Position numbers and translations under genes: made by a program. From the NCBI RefSeq assembly GCF_902713615.1, contig NC_052149.1, forward strand, positions 198,582,059 to 198,646,058: a stretch of DNA of 64,000 nt. Direction: 5' to 3'. Below are positions 44,131 through 58,583 of the stretch, one piece after another. Numbering within the stretch: the first letter of the stretch is position 1; each line of letters begins with the position of its first letter. The notes under the pieces are model-generated. The model saw only the letters and a list, made by a program, of their open reading frames with translations. It had not been told where the DNA came from and ran no database searches. Source of the stretch: Scyliorhinus canicula (Eukaryota).

Positions 44131-46794
44131 TCAAATTGCTGGCACAAGCATGATGAGCTGAATGGCCTCCTTCTGTCTATATCATTTTATAATTCTCATG
44201 ATGAGCCTGTATAATGCTATGATAAGTCTTCAGTTAGACTACTATGTGCTGGGTTCAACTGTATAGGAAGGATTTTCAGACTCTTGAGAGGTAAAGGTGG
44301 GATTAATATCCCTCCTCGATTTTTCCTCTAGGAAGGACAGATGAATTTCCTGGACACTGCTGCTAGTAAACCTGGTGGTGGTGGGGGAGGGTTGGGGAAG
44401 CACAGTTTGCACTTTGCATTTGCAGTTTGCACCAGTGGCTCGCACATCTGCTTTCTTTACCTGCCGACAAACAGCCTCTTGGTTCTCAGGTCTTCTTACT
44501 CAACAGCTTCCAGCATGAAACTGTGGGCAAACACACTCAACTACAAGAGAGCCAAACTTTATAAGATGAATGCAATAAAATTTTAAAATTGGGGGCAAGT
44601 TTTGTGTGATCAGATATCTCATGGTCAGATGGCACACGATCCAATATCACACTTTCAAACCCCCGGGAATACTTCCAACTTGAGTTGATAACTCTTTCTT
44701 GGTCCTGGATTTTTCTGAACCATTCCATTACACTCTGCTAGAGCCATAGCAGGGGTCCAACATAACAACTATCAAAATCTGGCCCTGATATGTTTAGCAT
44801 ATGCAGAGAAATCATCCACGATGAAAGGGATGGTTTGAACTGTTTCGGAGGAGGAAAGACATAGAAAACCTGGTATAATTCTTGGTGCAGTAACATCACT
44901 TGCTCGTAATGCAATGGCACTTCCAATACGTTTCATGTCACTGTGTTGCACATTCACTTACGAGTATAAAAAATAATTTTTCATTAAGGCAAATATAAAG
45001 CGAATCAGCACTCAATTCCGAATGGTTAAATACATTTCGGAACAAATTGCTATAATAACCTATGCTATTTGTCCTCTCTATTCTGAAAAAAAAATCTTTC
45101 TCATCCCCTTTGGGACTACATTATGTTTGTGTTCCCATTTTCTTCAGGTACAAAGATTCTATCTATTTCCTTGAATTGTTGCCACTCTACCTTCGGATCA
45201 TCACAGAGCGAAGCTGCTAAGGTGAAAGGTCATGCCAGGGCATCACTCACAGACAAAGTCCCTTCAGCTGCTAATGTAAGCTGCAGTAAGAACGTCCTGA
45301 AAGCACATCCACTTGAGACTAACTACAAGCTGCTCATGCCTCTCAGAGGACTTATAGTGTTGACTCTTCTGTCATCGGATCCAAGCTTACGTTAAGCCCT
45401 GGAGCTATAGAAGCTTATTCACATTCAGGCAACGAAATAAATCCTGTTGCTACAATTCTCTTCATGAGGATAAACATTTGAAAAATAGGAGAAAAACTAA
45501 ACACATAGTCCCTATTTCATAAGTATTAAATTATTTCAATATTCACCACATTCTTGTCAAAAAGATTTATAACTAAGAATGGGCCCAAATAAACAAATAG
45601 AAAGGCAATTCCACGTCCTTAAGTATACAACAAAAGGGAAGCATTCTGAGCTCAAGTTCATCAGGTTATCTCTTGTATTTTTTTCTTTTCAAGCTCACAT
45701 TGATTATTATCTTGTTTTTCTTTCAAAACGACCCATTTCCTTGAAAACTGCAACTGACCCTTAACTTTCATTTTAGTAATTATTTTGCTTTTAAAGGCTC
45801 CATGGCAGCTAATTTGATGAAAAAAAAGTCCAGAGACAACAGGATGCACTATAAAGAAAGGTGTAGCCTTGGGGCGGTGGGGGGCTTTTATTGCAACAGG
45901 CTGGTCGAAGAGGAAATAATAGGATTTTCCGGGATTCACGTTGATCTTCAAATGCGAAAATCTCCTGCTTACTGTTACCCAACACAAAAAGAGCCAAAGC
46001 CTTTTAAATCGGATGCACAATATACCTCTTAACAGAATCATTATCACAGGCTTAGTGGAATTCCAATACTGAAACTCTCTCATTTAGTTTTCAGTGAGCT
46101 ATGTACCTAAGTTGTAGTTCAGCCAGAGAGCTTGTTCTAGACAAAGAATCAATTTGAGAGATGCAAAATATTTTGTTTTGGCATGACATCTTCAATTGTT
46201 TAATTCTGTTTTCTTTGCCTGTTGGATAAGTCCCACATTCTGAGGGAAGCCACTCTTTATTTCTTACCCTCTCTTTTCTGAAAGTAGGTGATTCATGGTG
46301 ATTTTGATTCCATCGATCATGGCTGGAACCTTGCTCAAGAGGTGCTCAAGTGGCCATTCTTTACTAATGGACCTAGACAATGATTACTGGTAAGCTATTA
46401 AAGCTAATGAAGACAACATAGCTGAGCTGCACCTTGTCCTCACCAGACACCCACTTGAAGTAAAAATCATTGGAAAGCAACGAGGACCCCTAACTTTTCC
46501 ATTGGCACAGTTTGAAATGTCATTGACATTTTCAGCACAGGCGGAGGCCATTAAGCCATCATATCTGTGCCAGCTCTTTGCTGGAGAGGCACAAAATGAA
46601 ACCCAATTGCTTGTTCTCTCCAACACATTTGCCTTCCTCTGCAGCAAAGATAGTTTGTGCAAAGCTGATGGCAAGGGCGCAGCATAATGCTAGTGTGTCA
46701 CTGTCTTCAGAAGAGGAAAAGTAGGGGAAGGTAAAAGATAAAATATCACTGGGAAAGGCATATGCAGTAGTAACCATGAACTTTCAAAAAATGG

Positions 46795-48515
46795 TCACAG
46801 AATTGTTACGTTGCAGAAGGAGGCCATTTGGCCCATCGTGACAGCATTGCATCTCCGAATGAGCAACTGCCCGAGTTCCATTCTCCCGCCTTCTCACCAT
46901 TACCCTACACAATTTTTCTTTTCAAATAACAGTCTAACTTTTTAAATGCCTCAATTGAACCTGTCTCCACATTCTCAAGCAGAGCAATCCAAATCCGAAC
47001 CACTCACTGAGTGAAAAAGCTTTTCCTCATTTCACTATTGCTTTGTTTACTAATTACTTTAAATCTGTGTCCTTTTGTTCTCGATCCTTTCACGAGTTTC
47101 TCTCTATCTACTCTGTCCATACCCCTCATAATTTTGAATACCTCTATATAATCTCCTCTCAGCTTTCTATTTTCTCAGGAAAACAGTTTTAGGATCAGGA
47201 TCAGCCATGATCAATGGCTCGAATGGCCTACTCCTGCTCCTAGTTTCTATGTTTCTATCTTAACTTCTCCAAGATATCTTCACAACTGAAGTTCCCCATC
47301 TCTGGAACCATTCTCGTGAATCTTTTCTGCATCCTTTCCAATACGTCCACATCATTTTTAAAGTGCAGCACCTGGAGCTGGACACAATACTCCAACCAAG
47401 GTCTAACTAATGACATACAAGTTCAACATAACCTATTTGTTCTTGTACTCTATGCGCCTATTAATAATACTATATGCTTTATTAAATGTTTTCTCAACCT
47501 GTCCTGCCACTACCAATGACTTATGTACATATACACCCTGGTTCCTCTGCTCCTGAACCCCCTCAAGTGTTGAATCCCCTATTTTATGCTGTCTCTCCAT
47601 GTTCTTTCTACCAAAGTGAATGACTTCACATTTCTCTGCATTGAAATTCAAGTGCCCATTGTCTATGTCTTTTTGGAGTTCCGCACTATTTTTCTCACAG
47701 TTCAAAATGTTTGTGAGTTTTAAGTCATCCGTCAACTTTGAAATTTTGCCCTGTACACTGTGACCTCGGTCATTAGCAAATATCAGGAAAAGCAAGAGTC
47801 CCAACACTGACCTCTAGGCATTAGGGAACACCACAAACCTTCCGGCAGCCTGTAAAACATCTATGAACCAATATTCTGTTTCTTGCCACTCAGCCAATTC
47901 CTTATCCATGTTGCTATTGTCCCTTTTATGCCATGAGTTATAACTTTGTTCACAAAGTCTGTGGTGCAGCGTTGTATCAAAGACCTTTTGGAAGTCCACT
48001 TACACCACAGCAATAGCATTGCCCTCATCAACCCCCGATGTCAGCCCTTGAAATAGCTCCAAAAAATTAGTCAAACATTATTTTCCCTTAAGAAATCCAT
48101 GCTGTCTTTCCTTAATGAACCCATATTTGTCAGTGTGACTATTAGCTTTGTCCAGAATTATTGTTTCTTGAAGTTGCCCTATCACCAGAGTTAAACTGAC
48201 TAGCCTGTAGTTGCTGGACTTCTTCTTACACCTTTTTTGAACAAGGGTGTAACATTTGCAATTCTCCAATCCTCTGGAATCACCCCTGAGTCTAAGGAAG
48301 ACTGAAAAATTATGGTATGTGCAATTTACACTTACTTCTCACAATATCCTTGGGTGCATCTCCTGTCATCCCAGTGCTTTACCAGCTTTAAGTACAGATA
48401 AACTATCCAATGCCTCCTCCTTTTCTATTTTAAACCCTGCTAATGTCTAAATTATCTTTACTTTTGGTCTGGGTAGCACCTTATTCCTTGGTTCGGACAA
48501 ATGCAAAGTATTTGT
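46795..48515 (-). mobile_element. CR1/HER1 LINE 3' part
   Basis: NYRLVSLTLVIG, MDFQKVFD, ISKLTDDLKL, FNAEKCEVIHFGRKN on the - strand. Confidence 0.85.
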
Positions 48516-48518
48516 CTA

Positions 48519-49524
48519 GGGTGCAGTTTAATGGGACAAGTTCTAAGTGCCATAGCGAGTGTGCTCCTGACTGTTCTCTGACAGTACTTAGTACTTTTTT
48601 GGGCCCTGGGGTGTTTCTCTCCGGGCAAGACCACACTTCGAATTATTTTCATCACTGGGGAGTTGAGCTCGCTGGCCAGATTGGCCCCTTAGAGATCGGG
48701 CTGCCAGTTTGAAAGAGTGTCCTGATCTCTAAGTGAGCTTGTGAGTCCCCCATTCCCACCATCATTAGGCAATGTCACCAACCACACATACATGAGCAAT
48801 ACCCCCCCCCCCCCACCCCCGCTATGGGGTTGGCGAACCCCCTCTTTTCAGGCCGTCCCACCCCTATTCGGCCCCCCCTTTTCCAGGACCCCCACACTTC
48901 ACCCCCTCCCCCCCAACTTTCTGGAGGCCCCTCATACCCATGCTTCACCCCCCACCCTCCACACCCCCATCCCTTCTTTCATGGGCATCGTTCCCCTCAG
49001 GCCCTCACCTGTGGATGTCCACCCTGGCACCTGGGCCCACATACACTGCCACCCGGCACCCTGGAAGCCAAGGTGTCATTGCCAGCATGCCAGCCAGGCA
49101 GTGCCAAGGTGTCAGCCAGGCAGTGCCAAGGTTTTCAGATGCTGGGGGATAGCCAAAGTGCCACACTGCCCTGTCCCTAAATACCCAGAGTCTCCAAAGG
49201 CCTGGGAGACCCTTCAGGTGCTGTTCCGCCTGGTCCTCATTTGTGTCAACCAGTACTAATCGTCGCTCACAGGACCTCTTGTTGGCAAGCCAGTTAGTTC
49301 CCAGGAGGCTGTTAGATAGGTCAATGAGATGAAGATTGGCCTTGATTGGTGATTATTGGTTACTCGCTGTGCCAAGGCGTATTCCCGAATCCGCCAACGG
49401 GAGCGAGCCGGTTAGATCGCACACCGCTTGGCACCTGGTGAGATTCCCGATTTAGGCCACTCCCACGATCTAACTGGCTCGCACAGATTCTCACCAGGTA
49501 CAACAAGGCTGTTAAATCGCGCTC
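48519..49524. mobile_element. PIF/Harbinger-type non-autonomous element (second TIR family)
   Basis: Ends GGGTGCAGTTTAA / TTAAATCGCGCTC; 3-bp TSD CTA. Confidence 0.65.
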
Positions 49525-50751
49525 CTAATATAATTAATATAAGCATTATGACGTACGTTTTTGAGCCCATATTGAAAATTAAAATATTGCACTTTATTTA
49601 AAGAATAGTATCATAGGTTCATGATTCTGTTTCCTGTTCTTAAGCATACATTTTAATCTTACCTGCCCATTGGGAATGGGGCAGGTTCAGGCCAGCCACT
49701 AATCTCAATTCAATGGACATTAAAATAAAAGGGGTAAAAAGGGTTACTGATCCAAATGTCTATACTGTTGAAAACAGCAGAAGTCATCCATTATTCAAAC
49801 GTGACTTGAACAGCCAGGTAAATTCAGATTTGGAACATCAGTGTCCAGATTTCCAAGTGCTAAATTTCTGGACGTTAAATGGGTAAAACAAAAACAAATT
49901 TAGCAGTAACCATTTTGGGTAGCACTGAATTTGCCAGGGCTTTCTTTTACGTCGTGCCCATTCCCAAGTCAGCGAAGGAAAAATTTCAATCCTTAAATGA
50001 TGGTGTGCCCATTGCCAGGAAATTTGTTTAAACTAGTTGTCACTTGTGTTCCTGCCTCCACAATATTAATACGGGACGTTATTGGCACGCAATCCACCCC
50101 TCCTGTTTATGCACCCTCCCCACAGTTCACCTCCACCAAGCTAGTATTCAAAGAGCCTGGAGAAATTAGCCAATTTCAGAGGAACATAGACTCAATGGGC
50201 CGAATGGCCTAATTCTGCCATGTCTTATGGTCTTTAGGATGGTGCCTTTGGTACCTGATTCTAACATACCAACCCAGTGACCATTTTTGGGGACGGGGGA
50301 ATTCAGAATTACAGCTAATTGTTCTCTTTTCTAAACAATGATATGGCCCTTGGGCGCGATCTGTTCCCATATATTGTCTAAGATCAACACTGAGGTGATC
50401 AGAGTCAATGTGGAGAATTCACATTGCACATTAATTTAAAATTTTCATATGAATTCTGATAATACCTGCAGAGAACAATCACAAAATGCTTTCTTCAATG
50501 GAAGGCGTAGTACAGGAAATAGTACGGTGCTCAGCTGTCGCCTTCAATTGATTTGGCAAATTGTATTGCTTCAAACTTCTCACAATATCTGTTTGGCAAT
50601 TCCAATAAAGATATGATTGAGTTGCCTTGTATCAAACTTTTCAATAAATTACCATTTCACCCGGAACTGATGTAAAATCAGAATCACTATATAATATCTA
50701 GCTAGAAGGCAGCGTAAATGAAAAGCATGCATACATGTACTTCACATTCAT

Positions 50752-51099
50752 AGAACATAGAACATAGAACAGTACAGCACAGAACAGGCCCTTCGGCCCT
50801 CGATGTTGTGCCGAGCCATGATCACCCTACTCAAACCCACGTATCCACCCTATACCCGTAACCCAACAAACCCCCCCCATACCTTACTTTTTAGGACACT
50901 ACGGGCAATTTAGCATGGCCAATCCACCTAACCCGCACATCTTTGGACTGTGGGAGGAAACCGGAGCACCCGGAGGAAACCCACGCACACACGGGGAGGA
51001 CGTGCAGACTCCGCACAGACAGTGACCCAGCTGGGAATCAAACCTGGGACCCTGGAGCTGTGAAGCATTTATGCTAACCACCATGCTACCGTGCTGCCC
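50752..51099 (-). mobile_element. Young HE1-type SINE
   Basis: Well-preserved head and core; (GTTCTAT)n tail; flanking duplication CATTCAT at 50745-50751 and 51101-51107. Confidence 0.9.
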
Positions 51100-53602
51100 C
51101 CATTCATGGTAAGACACTCATTTGCAACATTTTAAGTGTTAGTAAAAGGATTTGTCATTTTAAAGTGCCATTTAATATAACATTATGAAATATTTAACTC
51201 ATCTTGCAACTTCTTGCAAGGTAAAATATGCTTACTTCCTTATTTTACTGAAGGTGACTGCAATTATAAAAGTCTGATTGCCCCTTTCAGCCAGAGAGCT
51301 GAGTTGAGCACAATGGGTCCTAACTCATATTTCTACAAAACACATTGATTTCTTCAAGACTATCAAGTGCAAATACTCTTGGTCACATTGGCCAACATCA
51401 TTATGTTACCCTTGTATACCCCAGGTATAAGTGAAAGAGGGGAGCAAAGTGATTATGATGGTTTTAATAGGTGGGAATTTCTTTAAAAGGCTGGAACCAC
51501 TAAGGAAAAGGTGGTAGAATGGTTGCTCTGTGGAGCACTCAACTGTAAGCCTAAGAGGTGATTGGAAACAAAAGATGAAAGCGCATTCGATCAGGCTGGC
51601 AACAAAGAGACAAGACCACATAATTTACTTGCGTATCGAGTAACTGCTAGAACAGAGGTCACAGAATAAAGCCCGCAATAATTTTAAATGTATTTACAGT
51701 TCAACTTTAATAATTGGAACCTTATTTTAAATGTGCAAAAATTTGTAGAGATTTCTAAAAACAAACTGCTTTCTGAACTGCTTTATAGTGCAATCTTGGG
51801 GAACTCTTAATTACGGTTATAAATAACACACTTTTAAAAGTCCACCTTGCCAATAATTATGCATGAAAGGTGTAAAAATTGACAACTATTTTATTAGAAA
51901 AGAAATGATCAGATTCCTCTGAAATGTGCTGCTGTCTGTTTTACACATATAGTGCACAAGGCAATAGATACATTTGCAATATTTACTTTTTTTAAATGTT
52001 TTACAGTATCGATGAATGTTTTTTCAATGTTTTCACTCAGTTTCATGATTGAGCACACCAAGGTCTATGACAAGTTAATTATAGACTAAAGCTCCCTGTG
52101 CACAAAACTTCTAAAACTTGTAGATCAGGTGTGGTAGAAGTTAAATGCAAGTGTAAGCCTCACTGATCAAACAAGCACTCCATGTCAGTTCTAGCATCTG
52201 TTAAATACAAATAGCTAAACTTCTAGATATTGCTGCAATACGTTTTCCCAGGTTAAAATCCAAAATAGTTAGATTTAGGGTCACACAGATATGTTTTAAT
52301 AAAGTTAAACAATGGATTAAGAGTCATCTGCACACTCAGGGAAGGTGTGGCAGAGTTTAGGTTCATGGTAGCCTTTCCTTCAAACCGCATCAGAAACGTG
52401 CCCCAATTCTCGAGGTCAACATTGTGGTTACTTTGAAATTCTCAGCTTGGGATCACAGGAAGTTACAATATGGGAAGAGGCTTTTTGTAGGGTTGACTAG
52501 CACCCCAGATTGTCCAGGAGTTATCCAGAATAGAGCTCGAGTTTCCCAGGTGCTGCAGCTCACAGCTCAGGAGGTCAAAGCACTTTCAGATTTCCCACAG
52601 CAGCACCACCATCCCCCACCCAATCCCTCCTCACCTCCGCTTCAAGATGTCACTGAGAACCCTACAGTCGAGCCACTGATGCACCGCAGCAGAGGTCGGG
52701 GACATGCTGCTGTACTGGCAGCGATCGGGAGTCATCAGGTGTCAGGATCCTGGAGATCATAGGCAGCTCAACCCTCCAGGATTGGCCTGCAGTCTACAGG
52801 AATTGAAGCTCAATCTCCAAGACACTTCTGTGTGCAAACCTGGAGGAAAATCTTTGGGACATGAATAAAGATGCTTTTTTTGTAATTTTCTTCAAACATT
52901 CCTTTCTACCAAATATAAAAACATTGAAAATGGGGAAAAGGCTGTTTGGCTGAAAGTCAATCATCATCTAATTGGTCATGATTTTTCTTGGCTTCCCAAT
53001 TGGTATAGGAAGCCAATGCATCACAAGGATGAATCAGTTGAGCATAGCGGCAAGTCATGTGATGGAACCTCAGCCACAGTTGGCAACCCGAGTCAGGAAT
53101 TTGAGGATCAGGTGTGGCTCAAGATTCATGACTCGAAGGGAGAAGTCAGAAGTGAAAATAGACAGGGGTTCAGGCATTAGGAATCGGAGTGAGGGGTCAG
53201 GGGTCAGGAATTGTGGGGTTTGGCCTCAGGATTTGAGAATCAAGGGGCAAGGCCTCATGAATTGGCGAAAAATAGAAACAGGAAGGAGGAGGAGAAACAG
53301 TCATTAAATCTTTAACCATTCAAGAAGTGCGATGCAGTGTAGGGAGAGCTTCAGTAACCTCATAAAGGCAGCCAAGGTGTGTCAAGTGGCTAGAATAAAT
53401 ACATATCCTCCACAACCCATGCAGCTACATTTGTTTTTTTTAGCTAGCATACTCTTGCTACACAAAGGGTAACCATTACAAACACTGCAGAACTTTCTTT
53501 ATTCAAAACTCTTCCCTCAATTCACTTTGCCTGCCACAAGGTCCTTTGCTCGTCTTCAATTACACTTCTATTCAAGAGACAAGGGACTTTCAAACTCATC
53601 AT

Positions 53603-53912
53603 GGGCATCACAGTAGCACAGTGGTTAGCACTGTTGCTTCACAGCTCCAGGGTCCCAGGTTTGATTCCTGGCTTGGGTCACTGTCTGTGTGGAGTCTGCA
53701 CATTCTCACCGTGTCTCGGTGGGTTTCCTCCGGGCGCTCCGGTTTCCTTCCACAAGTCCCGAAAGACGTGCTGTTAGGTAATTTGGGCATTCTGAATTAT
53801 CCCTCTGTGTATCCGAACAGACGGTGGAATGTGGTGACGAGGGGCTTTTCACAGTAACTTCATTGCTGTGTGATTGTAAGCCTGCTTGTGACAATAATAA
53901 AGATTATTATTA
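53603..53912 (+). mobile_element. tRNA-head SINE with (ATT)n tail
   Basis: Same structure as 43820-44130. Confidence 0.85.
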
Positions 53913-54195
53913 TAAAACATAGGCCATTGACGCTCACAACAATTTGAGGTATTCTGTGAATAGCAAAAATGTCCTTGGTATGTTTGATGACACACCTGGC
54001 TGACGAGTTGGCTAGCTGTACCACTTCCGGAAAGCTAGAGAAATAGTCGATCACTAACAGGTATTTTTTTCCTGATGGATAGAAAAGATCTATTCCCACT
54101 TTCTGCCATGGAATCGTTATTATTTTTCCCAGTTGCATTGGTTCTTTTCGTCATTTGTACTGACATTTCTGACAAGTTGCACAGTTCTCTATCAT

Positions 54196-54424
54196 TTTTT
54201 TTTTTTTTATAAATTTAGATTAGCCAATTATTTTTCCAATTAAGGGGCAATTTAGTGTGACCAATCCACCTACTCTGCACATTTTTGGGTTGTGGGGGCG
54301 AAACCCACGCAGACACGGGGAGAATGTGCAAACTCCACACGGACAGTGAACCAGAGCCGGGATCGAACCTGGGACCTCAGCGCCGTGAGGCAGCTGTGCT
54401 AACCACTAGGCCACCGTGCTGCCC
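54196..54424 (-). mobile_element. Short SINE with poly(A) tail and 16-bp TSD
   Basis: TSD CACAGTTCTCTATCAT at 54180-54195 and 54426-54441. Confidence 0.9.
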
Positions 54425-55088
54425 TCACAGTTCTCTATCATGATCTGAATGTCTTTATTGATGCCGGGCCAGTTTACTGTATCTCTAGCTCTTCGTTTGC
54501 ATTTTTCTATGCCAAAGTGCCCCTCATGAATTTTCTGTAGAATCGTCAATCTTAGAGATTGTGATATGACAACCCTGTTTTGCCTGAGCAAAAAATCATT
54601 GGCTGCACTTAGTTCCATTTGAATATTGTAATATTTGGAATTAGATCATTTTGGCAATCCCTCACTGAGATATTTGATGGGTCTTTGTAACATTTCATCC
54701 TTCTTCACTGCTTCTTTGATCAATTTTAATTTTGCATCGGACACTGGGAATGTTACTGTCACAAGATTCATGTCCACTTCCTCATCCATGCATTTTTCTT
54801 ATTCTTCAATATCTGTAGCTCGTGAGAGTGCATCAGTACCATGATATGTTTTCTTGGAGTATATAAGAGATTGAAGTCATATCTCTGTAACTTCATCATC
54901 ATATGTTGTATTCTTTGTGACATGTCATTTAGATTTTCTCTCTTTTATCGCTACAAGCGGTCTATGATCAGTTTCAACTAAGAATGTTGGTGGGCCATAT
55001 AAGTAATTGTGAAATTTTTCGAAGCCATTGATCAGACCTAAACATACTTTCTCATATCTATGCTCTGCGTCAGTTCTTGACTTTGAAT

Positions 55089-55434
55089 GGGCAGCACGGT
55101 AGCACAGTGGTTAGCACAATTGCTTCACAGCTTCAGGGCCCCAGGTTTGATTCCTGGCTGGGTCACTGTGCGGAGTCTGCACGTTCGCCCCGTGTCTGCG
55201 TGGGTTTCCTCCGGATGCTCCGGTTTCCTCCCACAGTCCAAAGATGTGTGGATTAGGTGGATTGGCCATGCTAAATTGCCCTTAATGTCCAAAACAAAAG
55301 GTTAAGTGAGGGTTACTGGGTTATGGGGATAGGGTAGATAGGTGGGCTTGAGCAGGGTGCTCTTTGTCAGGGCCGGTGCAGACTCAATGGGCCGAATGGC
55401 CTCCTTCTGCACTGTAAATTCTATGATTCTATGA
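55089..55434 (+). mobile_element. HE1-type SINE
   Basis: Full head, core and ATTCTATGATTCTATGA tail. Confidence 0.9.
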
Positions 55435-56887
55435 AGCATAAGAAATTGGAAGCCAATTTTCATCATTGTCTTGCTGCAATGACGCTGCTCCCAATCCATC
55501 TTTCAACGCATTTGTCGATATTTTTGTCTTTCTTGTAGGGTCAAAGAATATCAGCACTGGAGCTGTTGTCAATGCTTCCTTCGACACTCTTGCTTGTGTC
55601 TTTCAGACCATTGGAAACTAGTGTCCTTTTCATTTATTTCCCGAAAGCATGTCGTTTTTGCTTATAAATTAGGAATGAATTTACCTACGAAATCTATCAT
55701 ACCTAGCATCCATAGGACTCCTTTTTTGTCTGGTGGATGTGGCATGTTTAATATTGCCTTTATCATCTCTTGGTCTGATTGTATACCTCGAGCAGACAGT
55801 TTGTCTCCTGAGAATGTAATTTCTTCGACACCAAATTGGCATTTGGTTTTATTCAACTTCAGACCATACTTTTTTGCGCTTCTTAGCACTTGGATAAACC
55901 TTTTGTCATGCCATTCTTTTGTTGAACCGCAGACTACATGCACTCTGACACCTGGAATTCCTTCTGTGACATGTTCCATTGACCGATGGAAAATTTCAGA
56001 TGCTGAAATAATACCAAATACCATTCTGAGAAAACAGTATCGCCCGACTGGAGTGTTAAAGGTGCACGGCATTGAACTTTCCTCATCCAACTTGAGTTGC
56101 CAACAACCCCGCGATGCATCTAGTTTGCTAAAGCATGTTGCTCCTGACATCTCACATGTCATCTCTTCTCAATCAGAATGGGATAATGTTCTCGCTTTAT
56201 ATTTAAATTGAGGTCTTTGGTATCCATTCAGATTCTCAGATCATTATTTGTTTTTTTCACAAAAACTATGGCGTTCACCCAATCCATTGTTTCTTCAATT
56301 CATTTTATCACCCCTAGATTTGCCATTCTCTCCAGTTCCAGTTTTTAGTCGATCCTTTAATGGAGCTGGTACTCGCCTTGGTGCGTGTATGATTGGTTGC
56401 GCATTCTCCTTCAATTGGATCCGATATGTGAATGGCTAAACTACGAATCCTTGAAATATTTCTGGAAATGCTTCAAGGATTGAATCCACTTCTGTACTCC
56501 TTTTACCAATTTGATTGCTTCACATGTTTCCACTCCCAGAATTGATTCATGCTGAGCTTCTACAATGGAAAACTTCACTTTATGCATTCTTTCCATTGAC
56601 CTTTAATTCGCATACCCATAGCGTGTTAATTCTTTTGTTGTTATAATCCTTCAAAGTACCGTTTTATTCAAAACTTGCGGTTTAATTTTAATTTCTAGAA
56701 TATCCGATAAGCTTATAAGATTAGCTCTTGCGGCCATTTTGAGTTTAACATTGATCAATGTTTTATTAATCATTAGAGGAACTGTCCAGTAATCTCTTTG
56801 AACAAGTATTTGCATTGCTTTTACTGCAAATTTGCTTCGAGGACTGTTCAGCTTGCATCCCATTATAATGCTAATCTTAAAATGATA

Positions 56888-57396
56888 TCACGCGATTTTT
56901 GGAGTTGCGGTAGAGCCGGGAGTGCAGGAGGCGAAAGAGGTCGGTGTCCTGGCCTTTGCAACCCTAGTAGCCCGACAAAGGATTCTGTTACAATGGAAGG
57001 ATGCAAGGCCCCCAAGTGTGGAGACCTGGATCAGTGACATGGCGGGATTTATAAAATTGGAAAGGGTCAAATTTGCCCTGAGAGGATCAATACGAGGGTT
57101 ATATAAACGATGACAGCCTTTTCTGGACTTCCTGGCTCAAAGATAGGTATCTTGGTCAATAGCAGCAGCAACCCGGGGGGGGGGGGGGGGGGGGGGGGGG
57201 GGTTGTTCCATATTGTTGGGTCTATTCTGTAACTTTATATTGTGTTAATTTGTGTTGGTAAAATGCTGTGTTGTTCATGGAGGTGGGGCGAATGTTTATG
57301 ATTGTTAACATTATTGTTATTTTTTGGTATTTTACTATGGTGCGTTATTGTTGTATAAATTCAAAATTTTTCAATAAAAATTATTTCAAAAAAAAA
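56888..57396 (+). mobile_element. 5'-truncated L1/Tx1 3' end
   Basis: LAFATLVARQRILLQW..WISDMAGFIKLERVKFALRGS; G-run; AATAAA and A tail. Confidence 0.85.
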
Positions 57397-57469
57397 TGTC
57401 TTTGAGATTTATCTCTTCAACCACGTTGATAGATTTTTGTACTTCTGATTTTTTTATTTGATAACCATT

Positions 57470-58114
57470 GGCCGTGTTCTCCAAAAACGTGGCTAAGTGT
57501 TGACGCTGGCGTAAACACTAGAGTGTTTCACGCCGGCATCAATGGGCCTCTTGGCCCAGCGATTCCGTGGCCACAAAGGGCCAGCACAACGCCGGAGTGC
57601 TCCATGCTACTCCAGCTGCCATACGCTACCCTGCACAGCTGGCAGCGGGTTCGCGTATGCGCGCGGCGGCCGCTTCCGCGCCGGCGGCGCACAACATGGC
57701 ATATCCACACAGCGGGTCGGCGCAGAAGAAGGTAGGCCCCCTCCAGATTGTGCGCGCCCGACGATCGGTGGACCCCAAGCGCGGGCCTGGCCGTTGTGGA
57801 GGCCCCCCCTCGGAGACTGATCCCACGCCCCCCCACCAGGACGGCCACCGCAGCCGCAAAGCCGAGCTCTCACCAGGTGGAACCATAAGTGAACCATGCA
57901 GGCGGGAACTCTGCCGGGTGACAGAGAACCACAACGGGGGCCTCTTTCAACAGCCCCCGACCGACACCGTCGACTGCACGCATGCGACCGCCGCCAATTC
58001 TCCTGTCGCCGGAGAATCGTGTCCCAGCGTCGGACCCGATCACAGGTCTGAGGCCCCATTCTCTGTCCCTGCACAGAGCGCCATTTCGGCACAGAAGCTC
58101 GAAGAATCCCGGCC
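57470..58114. mobile_element. PIF/Harbinger-type MITE
   Basis: Ends GGCCGTGTTCT / AGAATCCCGGCC; 3-bp TSD ATT. Confidence 0.8.
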
Positions 58115-58583
58115 ATTGTTTTGCAAAGTAATTCTTGCTTTGCAGTTAGGACACACTTTTTTGAATGGTGGACATTGCCTCTGCAAATGCTTGTTGCCGC
58201 ATTGTTTGCACAAAATGATGGTATCTGTTACTCGTTTAAAATGGCTGCCGCTGCTGGAACCATGTTTTGTCTTAGGGTGTGTCACAACATTAATGGCGTC
58301 GACTGCATCACCAATTTTCACAGCAAAATTCTTTAAGTTTAGGGTGCTAATCTGCTGCACAGCTGGCATGGCAGATTTTAATGACATCATTGAGCTGGAG
58401 TTCATTCTCCCCCAACAATCTTTCACAAACTTTGTCATTGCTAATGCCAAATACAATCTGATCGCGGATCATGGATGCTTGCAAAGTTACATGTCTGAGC
58501 CTTTAACCTCAAGTCTGTTAAGGAGCTGTCGAACGATTCACCTGTCTGTTGTGCACGCAATTTTCTTTGAACGCTTTGAATAG

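Noticed and set aside
51406-51621. Possible minus-strand exon (CCTTTTCCTTAG…GG|GTAACA)
   Set aside because: Splice-like signals only; the peptide has no recognisable homology.
57567-58583. 338-aa ORF, and other long GC-rich ORFs at 9564-10397, 23208-23948 and 27037-27651
   Set aside because: They span MITE/Gypsy junctions or are alternative frames of GC-rich repeats, with no domain motifs; they look like chance open frames.
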